The notes below the pieces were generated by a model that did not search any database, was not told the origin of the DNA, and saw only the letters and a program-made list of their open reading frames with translations. Shown here piece after piece: positions 36,112 through 43,362 of a DNA stretch of 43,362 nt. This stretch comes from Candidatus Zixiibacteriota bacterium. Lineage in GTDB: Bacteria; Zixibacteria; MSB-5A5; GN15; FEB-12. A program made the translations under genes and the position numbers. The stretch lies in contig JAJRTA010000227.1 of the NCBI GenBank assembly GCA_024278515.1, forward strand, positions 1 through 43,362, in the 5' to 3' direction. Numbering within the stretch: position 1 is the first letter of the stretch; each line of letters begins with the position of its first letter.

Positions 36112-37089
36112 ATGGAACTTGCTGACAAGAAATCGCTGACCGTCGTGCTGGAGGATGTCGACCAGCGGCTGTTGTTCGGACAAAACGACATAGCGCTTAA
36201 AGTCATCGAAGCAAACTTCATCGCCCGGCTGGTGGCCCGGGGCGATCGTCTGACCATTGAAGGGGCGCCAAAGGATGTCGATCAGGTGGCCCGACTGGTC
36301 GATGATCTGATAACAAGGATTCGGCAGGGGGATATTATCACCGAGCAGTACCTCCACTATGCCATCAGCATGGTCAAGGAAAACGGTCACGGTCCGGCCA
36401 ATGATATTTCGACTGAGAATCTGCTGACATCGGCGTTGAAAAAAGCGATCAAGCCCAAAACTGTGGGGCAGTCAAAATATGTCGATGCGGTCGACAAGCA
36501 TGACATAGTATTTTCTATCGGTCCGGCCGGTACCGGTAAAACCTATCTTGCCGTAGCCATGGCGGTTGCCGAACTGAAGGCCAACCGGGTGAAGCGGCTG
36601 GTGTTTACCCGTCCGGCGGTGGAAGCTGGTGAATCCCTCGGTTTTCTGCCGGGAGATATCCGGGCCAAGGTTGATCCGTATCTCAGGCCGGTTTATGACG
36701 CGCTTTATGACATGCTGCAACCGGATAAGATACGCAAACTTTTGGATCTCGGCGTTATCGAGATAGCACCTCTGGCTTTCATGCGCGGACGAACGCTCAA
36801 CGAGGCGTTTGTGGTTCTTGATGAAGCACAAAATACGTCCAGCGCCCAGATGAAGATGTTCCTGACTCGAATAGGCGAAAAATCCAAAGCGATCATTACC
36901 GGTGATGTCACACAGATCGATATTGAAAAACCGCAAAGCTCCGGGCTGGTCAGAGTCCAGAAGATTCTAAAGGGAATCGAAGGTATTAGTTTCGTATATC
37001 TTAGTGACAAGGATGTGGTTCGACACCGCCTGGTTCAGAGGATCATTAAGGCGTACGAACGAGCTGAAAAACCGAGACGCAGGGAGTAA
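36112..37089 (+). CDS. phoH: PhoH-family ATPase
   Basis: Walker A GPAGTGKTYLAVA, Walker B VVLDEAQN and the ITGDVTQID motif. Confidence 0.92.
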   Translation: MELADKKSLTVVLEDVDQRLLFGQNDIALKVIEANFIARLVARGDRLTIEGAPKDVDQVARLVDDLITRIRQGDIITEQYLHYAISMVKENGHGPANDISTENLLTSALKKAIKPKTVGQSKYVDAVDKHDIVFSIGPAGTGKTYLAVAMAVAELKANRVKRLVFTRPAVEAGESLGFLPGDIRAKVDPYLRPVYDALYDMLQPDKIRKLLDLGVIEIAPLAFMRGRTLNEAFVVLDEAQNTSSAQMKMFLTRIGEKSKAIITGDVTQIDIEKPQSSGLVRVQKILKGIEGISFVYLSDKDVVRHRLVQRIIKAYERAEKPRRRE

Positions 37090-37110
37090 GGCGATAACGG
37101 AAATCGCCAT

Positions 37111-39366
37111 ATGTTTGCGTTTATTCTGAAAATCAAACGTCGGATTAAGAAGCTTCTGAAGGTTCAGAGCGAAAGTCGCCAGGTCCGTAAGACCTCAGTG
37201 CACTCCCGTACCCGGAAGCTCCTGTTGTTGATCCTGGCCTCACTTCTGATCGGGGTATTTTATCCGGGGGAGGCTCTTTACGATCCGCTCGACATGCCGC
37301 GCCGTGGGGAGATCGCCCGCGAGGATGTGCTGGCGCCGTTCAAGATCACTGTGTACAAGACGGAACGTGAGCTTGAGGAAGAAGAGCAGGTTATCCGGTT
37401 AACCGTCCCGCCGGTCATAGACTGTGATACCACAGTCGAAATACAGATATATCGCGAGCTGGATCGTTACCGTGAGGCGGTTGCGGCCGTCAAGGATTCA
37501 TCGCAAACGACTCTTCCCCTGAGTGAAAGTGAAGCGATCTCCACCCTGCTGGATCAATTTCCGATGCTCAGCCGTGATGCGGTCACGGCATCGTATCGAC
37601 GGAACGATCTGGATTCGACAGTGGAAATTCTCAAGGAATTGCTTCACAACGACGTGTACAAAATCGGAGTTATTGCTGACCGGCAGGAACTGGAGGAGAT
37701 GGCCGGTCGCAATGTTCTGATTCGTCGGGGCGAACGTGAGAACATTTACACTCGTGACCGTATACTCAACATAGCCGAGGCCAAAGGACGGCTCTTGACG
37801 GCGCTCAATCATCGGCGCGCTACCGACTCTCTCGATGTTGAGTTTTCACATCAGATCGGTCATCCGTTTATCAGACCCAATCTAAGTCTGAACCGTGAAG
37901 AGTCTGAACGACGCCTTCAGGCTGAGCTGTCGACAATCAGCAATATCAAGGAAGAAGTGCGCGAGGGGCAGATAATTGTTCGTGATGGCACCCGCATCAC
38001 GGCACGACAGGAACAGATTCTTGAAGAGCTGGAGCGAATCCGACGTTCCGAGGCGGTTGAACAGGGCTGGCTGGTTGCATTCCTGCCCGTGCTGGCTCGC
38101 ATCCTGTTGGTGTTGGCGGCGTTTTCCAGTCTCTATCTTTTCCTGTTCTATTTCCGACGGGAGATATACTACTCGAATCCGAAGCTGCTGGCGCTTTTTT
38201 TGGTCTTTGCGCTCCAGTTGTTTTTGATCAATCTGGTAGCTCGCTGGGGGGTATCGTCGTACCTGTACCCGATAGCCGTGTTGCCGGTGGTGGTGACGAT
38301 CCTTTTTGACGCCGAGGTATCGCTTTTATCTACGCTCACCATGGCTTTTCTCCTCGGCATGATGCACAGGTTCGACTTTACGATTACTCTGGCGACGATG
38401 ACAGTCGGCACTGTGGCTACGCTCGGTTCCATGCGGGTACGCAAACGGTCGAATTATTTCCGGATCATGGTCACGACCGCTCTGGCCAGCGGGCTTTACG
38501 TGCTGTTGGTCGAGCATCTGAAATTCGCTCCGGCTGATGAAGTCTATACTGAGGTGACATACGGCCTGGTTTCCGGAACGGTGTCGGTGCTTCTGACTAT
38601 CGGCATACTCCCGATTTTTGAATCGCTGTTCGGAATCACCACCGATATCACTCTGCTCGAGCTGTCGGATATGAATCACCCGCTTCTCAAAAGGCTGGCG
38701 GTCGAAGCTCCCGGGACCTACCAGCACTCGATCATAGTGGGCAACCTTTCGGAAGCGGCCGCCAAGGCGATAGGAGCCAACTCTTTGCTGGCTCGGGTGG
38801 GAGCCTACTATCACGATATCGGCAAGATCGAGGTGCCGGAGTATTTTGTGGAAAATCAGATGAGCGTGAAATCGAAACATGACACTCTTTCCCCCTCGAT
38901 GTCGTCGCTTATTTTGTCGTCGCATGTGAAAAGGGGGCGGCAGTTGGGTGAGGAAGCGGAGATTCCCGACGATGTTTTGAACTTCATTGAAGAACACCAC
39001 GGCACGATGGTTCAGTCGTACTTCTATAATCGCGCCCTGGAGTTGGGCGAGGACGAATCGGTAATAGACAAGTATCGTTATCCCGGTCCCAAACCACAGA
39101 TCAGGGAAACGGCTATCGCCATGCTGGCCGACGCGGTCGAGGCGGCCAGCCGGACTCTTGACGATCCGAAACCGGCCCGAATCGAGGGATTGATCCAGCG
39201 TATTATAAACGATCGTTTCAGCTCCGGCGAGCTTGATGAATGCCCCCTGACCCTCAAGGACCTGGCTCGTATCAAGCAGGCTTTCGCGCAGGTGCTGATA
39301 GCCTCGTTCCATCATCGTGTCGTCTATCCGTCCACCCCGGAACCGGCCGGGAGCAAGACAAGGTGA
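37111..39366 (+). CDS. pgpH: 7TM receptor with intracellular HD (HDIG) domain, PgpH/YqfF-like (cyclic-di-AMP phosphodiesterase family)
   Basis: 751 aa: an extracellular N-domain, a 7-TM block, then HD domain motifs (YQHSIIVGNL, YYHDIGK, EHHG, LADAVEA). Conserved position between phoH and ybeY. Confidence 0.85.
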   Translation: MFAFILKIKRRIKKLLKVQSESRQVRKTSVHSRTRKLLLLILASLLIGVFYPGEALYDPLDMPRRGEIAREDVLAPFKITVYKTERELEEEEQVIRLTVPPVIDCDTTVEIQIYRELDRYREAVAAVKDSSQTTLPLSESEAISTLLDQFPMLSRDAVTASYRRNDLDSTVEILKELLHNDVYKIGVIADRQELEEMAGRNVLIRRGERENIYTRDRILNIAEAKGRLLTALNHRRATDSLDVEFSHQIGHPFIRPNLSLNREESERRLQAELSTISNIKEEVREGQIIVRDGTRITARQEQILEELERIRRSEAVEQGWLVAFLPVLARILLVLAAFSSLYLFLFYFRREIYYSNPKLLALFLVFALQLFLINLVARWGVSSYLYPIAVLPVVVTILFDAEVSLLSTLTMAFLLGMMHRFDFTITLATMTVGTVATLGSMRVRKRSNYFRIMVTTALASGLYVLLVEHLKFAPADEVYTEVTYGLVSGTVSVLLTIGILPIFESLFGITTDITLLELSDMNHPLLKRLAVEAPGTYQHSIIVGNLSEAAAKAIGANSLLARVGAYYHDIGKIEVPEYFVENQMSVKSKHDTLSPSMSSLILSSHVKRGRQLGEEAEIPDDVLNFIEEHHGTMVQSYFYNRALELGEDESVIDKYRYPGPKPQIRETAIAMLADAVEAASRTLDDPKPARIEGLIQRIINDRFSSGELDECPLTLKDLARIKQAFAQVLIASFHHRVVYPSTPEPAGSKTR

Positions 39367-39800
39367 AACTTTCTATTTTCAAACAGACTCGTGTTCGGGT
39401 ACCGCGTGAGCGGTTGCACAGACTGTTTGCTCATGTCAGTCGAACCGAGGGACGCAGGCGTGGAGGGGTGGTCAATCTTGTTTTTGTAACCGATGCTCAG
39501 ATGAAAAAACTGAACAGCCGGTTTCGCGGAATAAACCGCACCACCGATGTGTTGTCTTTCAATATCGATGATGAGGCGACGGACGGAGAAGTCTTCGGAG
39601 AAGTCTATATCAGCGTTCCGCAGGCCGACCGGCAGGCAAAACAGATAGGTCATTCTGCGTGGGAAGAATATCTGCGGCTGGCCTGTCACGGTTTTTTGCA
39701 TCTGTTTGGTTATGATCATGAGAAGACCGACGAGGAAGCGCTTATGCGCTCTCGTGAAGATAAATATCTGGCAGGATTACGCAAAGAGGCTGTAAGATGA
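39363..39800 (+). CDS. ybeY: rRNA maturation endoribonuclease YbeY
   Basis: Zinc motif HGFLHLFGYDH, plus TDVLSF and GEVYIS. GTG start at 39363 in a GTGA overlap with the pgpH stop. The ORF-track ATG at 39240 would add 41 aa overlapping pgpH. Confidence 0.88.
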   Translation: MKLSIFKQTRVRVPRERLHRLFAHVSRTEGRRRGGVVNLVFVTDAQMKKLNSRFRGINRTTDVLSFNIDDEATDGEVFGEVYISVPQADRQAKQIGHSAWEEYLRLACHGFLHLFGYDHEKTDEEALMRSREDKYLAGLRKEAVR

Positions 39801-41056
39801 TAGAGCTTGGCGGGATAGTGGTCATCGTATTCTGCTACCTGACGGCGTACCTGGTGTCGTTGTATGCGCGGGCGGTGTATATCGATCCGGATGAAGTCGA
39901 GGAGATCGACGTCGGCCGAATGACGAAAAAACGGCGGTTCCTGTTGAAACTGGCCGACGATCCGCGGACATTCGTACAGATTGCCGTGGTCTATAATTCC
40001 GCCGCTCTGATGGTGGTGACGGTTGTCTCCGAACTTCTGCTGGCACATCTGTCCTCGGAGCTGGGCATACGCTGGTACCTGGTGATTATTCCCGGCCTTT
40101 TTCTGGTGTGGTTGTCCTATGTAATGATTGTCGAATATCTTACTCGTCGCGCGTCACGGCGAGCGGTCAGCCCGCAAATGCTGAAACGGCTTTGGATAAT
40201 CGCCGTAATTTACTCCTTGTGTTACCCGGTTCTATGGGTTTATCGGCAGGCTATGGGCCGGGCCTCCGATGGTCAGCCGGTTACCGAAGAGGAGAAAGAG
40301 GAGATTGTCGAAAGAGCCATCGAAACCCTGGCTGAAGAAGCCGGCATCTCCGAACAGATTGTCGAGGCGGACGAAAAAGAGATGATCGGGCAGATTTTTC
40401 TGCTCGATCAGACGGTGGTCCGTGAGATCATGGTTCCGCGAATTGATATTACCGGAATCGAAAAAGGCATGAGCTTCAGGGAAATCCAGCAGTTGGTGTT
40501 GAAAGATGGTCACTCGCGGTATCCGGTTTATGATAAAACAATCGATAAGGTAATCGGCCTGGTTTATGTTAAGGATTTGTTTTCGAATATGCCTGAACCG
40601 GGAGTGGAGTTCGTGATCGAAAACTTCCTCCGGGAACCGTACTTCGTTCCCGAAAAGAAGATAATCGGAGAGCTTTTGCAGGAGTTCAAATCAAGGCGGT
40701 TGCATATAGCCATGGTCGTTGATGAATACGGCGGGGTGGCCGGGCTGGTCACTCTCGAAGATATTATCGAGGAGATATTCGGAGATATTCAGGATGAGCA
40801 CGACGCCGAAGAAGCTGAAATCAGCAAACTTCCCGACGGCCGTATTCGGGTGAGCGCCGGGTTGCTGGTGGAGGAACTTCAGGATCAACTCGGAACCGAC
40901 TACGATCAGGGTGACTACGACACGGTAGGCGGGTTGATCTACGATCTGGTCGGATCGGTGCCGAATGAAGGTCAGACAATTCGCTGGAACGACGTGGAGT
41001 TCGAACTCGAACGGGTCGAGGGACAGCGTATTATCTCTGTATTGGTGCGCAAATAG
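39797..41056 (+). CDS. corC: CNNM/DUF21-CBS-CorC_HlyC family protein (hemolysin/Mg-Co efflux-related)
   Basis: N-terminal 4-TM DUF21 domain, tandem CBS (VREIMVPRIDI...HSRYPVY), and the C-terminal transporter-associated domain (DTVGGLIYDLVGSVPNEG...). ATGA overlap with ybeY. Confidence 0.88.
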   Translation: MIELGGIVVIVFCYLTAYLVSLYARAVYIDPDEVEEIDVGRMTKKRRFLLKLADDPRTFVQIAVVYNSAALMVVTVVSELLLAHLSSELGIRWYLVIIPGLFLVWLSYVMIVEYLTRRASRRAVSPQMLKRLWIIAVIYSLCYPVLWVYRQAMGRASDGQPVTEEEKEEIVERAIETLAEEAGISEQIVEADEKEMIGQIFLLDQTVVREIMVPRIDITGIEKGMSFREIQQLVLKDGHSRYPVYDKTIDKVIGLVYVKDLFSNMPEPGVEFVIENFLREPYFVPEKKIIGELLQEFKSRRLHIAMVVDEYGGVAGLVTLEDIIEEIFGDIQDEHDAEEAEISKLPDGRIRVSAGLLVEELQDQLGTDYDQGDYDTVGGLIYDLVGSVPNEGQTIRWNDVEFELERVEGQRIISVLVRK

Positions 41057-41058
41057 CG

Positions 41059-43362
41059 CTAAGCAATGTTTCCGTTATTTGTGGATTTCAGCAGGAACAT
41101 TCCAAACAGTTCTTTTAATTCGGGGCTTCCGGTAAAACGATCCTCGAATGTTCCGGCATCCGAATCCTTACGGATACGGTTGTCATTTATAAATACGCAT
41201 CGAACCCCGTATTTCAGGCATACTTCGTTTGCATGAGCCGCCCTGGCCCCCGTGATGGTGGAGACGTCACAAATAACGAGTTGATTGTTGTGGCTGGTGT
41301 TGTCGGGGATATCATCAGCGCTGGTGGTTACTTGTATTTCGACCGCACTGTCTTTCGCCTGTTCGAGATAGTTGTCGGCAAGTCGGGTGTCTTCGGTGAG
41401 AAGCAGGATTTGTATGGTTTCTTGTTTGGGGGCAGAATTGCGCCACTGATTGTTACTGCTTGAAACAAGCGGAATACTGAAGGTGAAAGTGGTCCCGACT
41501 CCCACGATGGAACTGACGGTCAGGTCTCCACCGTGCTCCCGGGCGATGTTTTTGCAGATCGACAACCCCATGCCGGTGCCCGCTACGGAATCCTTGCCCC
41601 AGACTCCCTTAGTGGAATAGAACGGGTCGAATATCTTATTATACTGTGATTGCGGAATCCCCTTGCCGGTATCGGAAACTTTTATGTTTACCACGTCTCT
41701 GTCACGTTCAAGGCCGATGGTAATTACTCCGTCGCTCTCTATAGCGTGCTGGGCGTTGATTATCAGATTCAGAAGGACCTGCTGTATCTTACTGGCCGAC
41801 ACGCGCACTGGTGGGACATCCCCAAAACGGGTCATTATTTCTATTGAACGGTTACGTATCTCCTTGTCCACGATCCTTATTGTATTTTCAATGATCTGCC
41901 TGAGGTCTTCTTCGGTTATCTCATTCGGTTTGGCTCGCGAGTATGTCAATAGCGACATAGCCACTTCGTTGGCTCGTTCGCCCAACTCTACGATCTGTTC
42001 GAGGCTGTCCCGGGCGATATCCATCCCGTCGTCATCGTTCATTACCGTAAGGGCGAAGGAAGCATTTCCGACGATTCCCGCGAGGTAGTTTTTGAACTCA
42101 TGCGCCACACCGGCGGCCAGGGTTCCGATAGCCGACAGCTTGTCGGATTCGGCCAGTTGTTGTGAAGCTGCCAGTTCCTGTGTAATGTCCTCGATAACAG
42201 CCAGGTGGCTGACTATTTGCTTCTTTTTGTTTTGAACGGGCGTTGATGTCATTCGCGCCCAGAACAGGTTTCCGTCTTTTCTTTTCAACCGGACATTTCC
42301 GGACCATGAACTACCTGTTTTCAAGCTGTTCCAGATTACCCCGAACGATTCTTCGTCCGCCTGCAATATATTCCAGGGTTGTCCGATCGTTTCCACGAAA
42401 TCATACCCGGTTTTTTTGCAGAAAGCGGGATTGACGTATTCGATCAGACCTTCAGGGTTGGAGATGCAGATCATGTTGGCCGACTGGCTTACAGCCGCCG
42501 ACAGCTTGCGCAGTTCACGTTCATGACGCGCGCGTTCCGATACGTCGCGCACAATCCCCTGAATGATTCCGCGTTCAACGTCCATAACATTCGCGGATAT
42601 CTCTACGTCGATGATGGATTTATCCTTCCTGATGAATTTTGACCGGAAGCGAACGGATCCATCGAGTCGGATCTTTGTGAACATCTCCCGGACAGTTTTC
42701 ATCTCGGTTGGCGGATAAAGATGCGGGACCTGTAATGCCATCAGTTCTTCGTGTGAATAACCTGTCATCTCGATAGTCCTGCGGTTGACATTAAGGACCC
42801 TGCCGTTGATATCATGAACTATAATTGCGTCGTTGGATTGCTCAAAAAGTGCGCGGAACTGTTCTTCGCTTTGACGAAGCTGCTGTTCGGCTGCCTTCTG
42901 GTCTGAAATATCAACCAGGATTGCCGCGACAAAGGCAGGTTTCCCGTTGTTGTCAGGAATCATTACCGGACTTATCAGGGCAGGGAATTCGTGACCTTCT
43001 TTGTGCCTGAACCAGAACTCGCCGGGTTCGACTTCACGACCCTCTGCTATATGTCGGATCATCAGCGAGGCTTTCCTGCGCGAAGTCGCTGTAAGTGTCG
43101 TGAAGATTCGTTTCCCCTCGAACCAGCCGGATGCGCGCCCGTGCATCTCGGCGAAAGCGTCATTGGTATAGATATATCGGCTGTCAAGATCAGTAATCGC
43201 CACACCGTAGGTGGCTCGTTCGGCAATGGTTTTGAATTTGCGGATTTCCTCTTCAGCCATCTTGCGTTCGGTGATGTCGGCAATAAAGGCGTTATACTGC
43301 TTTGAATCGCCTTTACCGGTTACCCAGATCGTAATCTCGATTGGAAATAAAAGCCCATTACG
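41059..43362 (-). CDS. Multi-PAS sensor histidine kinase with C-terminal receiver-like extension (5' end outside window)
   Basis: The reading frame stays open upstream of the ORF-track ATG (43260) to the window edge. That region translates to ...FPIEITIWVTGKGDSKQYNAFIADITERK, which is a PAS C-terminus plus the DITERK linker. At least 3 PAS domains follow. HisKA H-box is AAGVAHEFKNY. HATPase_c motifs are LLNLIINA, DTGKGI and GTGMGLSICK. After that come ~150 aa with a degenerate receiver pattern (IQILLLTED...LVICDVS). Confidence 0.88.
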   Translation of the reverse strand, partial: RNGLLFPIEITIWVTGKGDSKQYNAFIADITERKMAEEEIRKFKTIAERATYGVAITDLDSRYIYTNDAFAEMHGRASGWFEGKRIFTTLTATSRRKASLMIRHIAEGREVEPGEFWFRHKEGHEFPALISPVMIPDNNGKPAFVAAILVDISDQKAAEQQLRQSEEQFRALFEQSNDAIIVHDINGRVLNVNRRTIEMTGYSHEELMALQVPHLYPPTEMKTVREMFTKIRLDGSVRFRSKFIRKDKSIIDVEISANVMDVERGIIQGIVRDVSERARHERELRKLSAAVSQSANMICISNPEGLIEYVNPAFCKKTGYDFVETIGQPWNILQADEESFGVIWNSLKTGSSWSGNVRLKRKDGNLFWARMTSTPVQNKKKQIVSHLAVIEDITQELAASQQLAESDKLSAIGTLAAGVAHEFKNYLAGIVGNASFALTVMNDDDGMDIARDSLEQIVELGERANEVAMSLLTYSRAKPNEITEEDLRQIIENTIRIVDKEIRNRSIEIMTRFGDVPPVRVSASKIQQVLLNLIINAQHAIESDGVITIGLERDRDVVNIKVSDTGKGIPQSQYNKIFDPFYSTKGVWGKDSVAGTGMGLSICKNIAREHGGDLTVSSIVGVGTTFTFSIPLVSSSNNQWRNSAPKQETIQILLLTEDTRLADNYLEQAKDSAVEIQVTTSADDIPDNTSHNNQLVICDVSTITGARAAHANEVCLKYGVRCVFINDNRIRKDSDAGTFEDRFTGSPELKELFGMFLLKSTNNGNIA

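Noticed and set aside
38326-39315. 329-aa minus-strand ORF. Similar long antisense ORFs occur at 34141-34857, 35509-36390, 7031-7636, 8684-9214, 16726-17334, 19399-20124, 20471-21079, 27458-28030 and 31112-31714.
   Set aside because: Each lies entirely antisense to a gene with unambiguous family motifs (pgpH, aspS/phoH, feoB, kinase, MPP/FHA, dusB, S1 protease, DUF1028). Their translations are Arg/Gly/Pro/His-rich, low-information sequences typical of shadow frames.
1-43362. Scan for CRISPR arrays, tRNA/rRNA genes, transposases, integrases, phage genes, toxin-antitoxin pairs and known defence genes.
   Set aside because: I recognised none. The intergenic regions are short, and their content is explained by promoters, terminators and the REP-like hairpins. 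This was a visual scan only, so a covariance-model search for tRNA/ncRNA and a defence-system HMM scan would be needed to be definitive.

Overview
This is a 43.4-kb chromosomal window with about 37 protein-coding genes. I recognised no rRNA, tRNA, CRISPR array, transposase, integrase or phage gene. From left to right it contains:

- **356-6082 (+):** two secreted proteases, one S8 subtilisin-like and one M6 InhA-like. Each ends in a T9SS/Por-type C-terminal sorting domain.
- **6273-9402 (+):** a fur-feoA-feoB iron cluster, plus an FeoB-associated Cys-rich mini-ORF that is absent from the ORF track.
- **9461-15634 (+):** a tightly overlapping housekeeping super-operon, ecfT-truA-tal-purB-psd-pssA-purS-purQ-DUF4321, followed by tatA and a hypothetical gene.
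- **16456-20438 (-):** an FHA / metallophosphoesterase / CHASE2 Ser/Thr-kinase signalling operon.
- **20567-21550 (+):** dusB.
- **21642-33129 (-):** a long block on the minus strand.
  - ptsN.
  - A secreted DUF1028 Ntn-hydrolase and a 1242-aa trypsin-fold (S1) protease, which share a Cys-bracketed dockerin-like C-terminal module.
  - A sigma-54 enhancer-binding protein.
  - A candidate -24/-12 promoter, followed by lipoprotein, TPR and TPR-HD-GYP genes.
- **33322-41056 (+):** a lipoprotein gene, aspS and the conserved phoH-pgpH-ybeY-corC cluster.
- **41059 to the window edge (-):** a multi-PAS histidine kinase that runs off the right edge.

The T9SS-type tails and the dockerin-like modules suggest an uncultured FCB-superphylum-like bacterium with a proteolytic lifestyle. 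That is inference only.

I see no clear-cut novel system such as a defence island or mobile element. The best candidates for follow-up are:

- the sigma-54 bEBP / lipoprotein / TPR / TPR-HD-GYP module;
- the FHA / metallophosphoesterase / CHASE2-kinase operon;
- the pair of dockerin-tagged secreted hydrolases.

All functional calls rest on motif recognition by eye. No database search was run.
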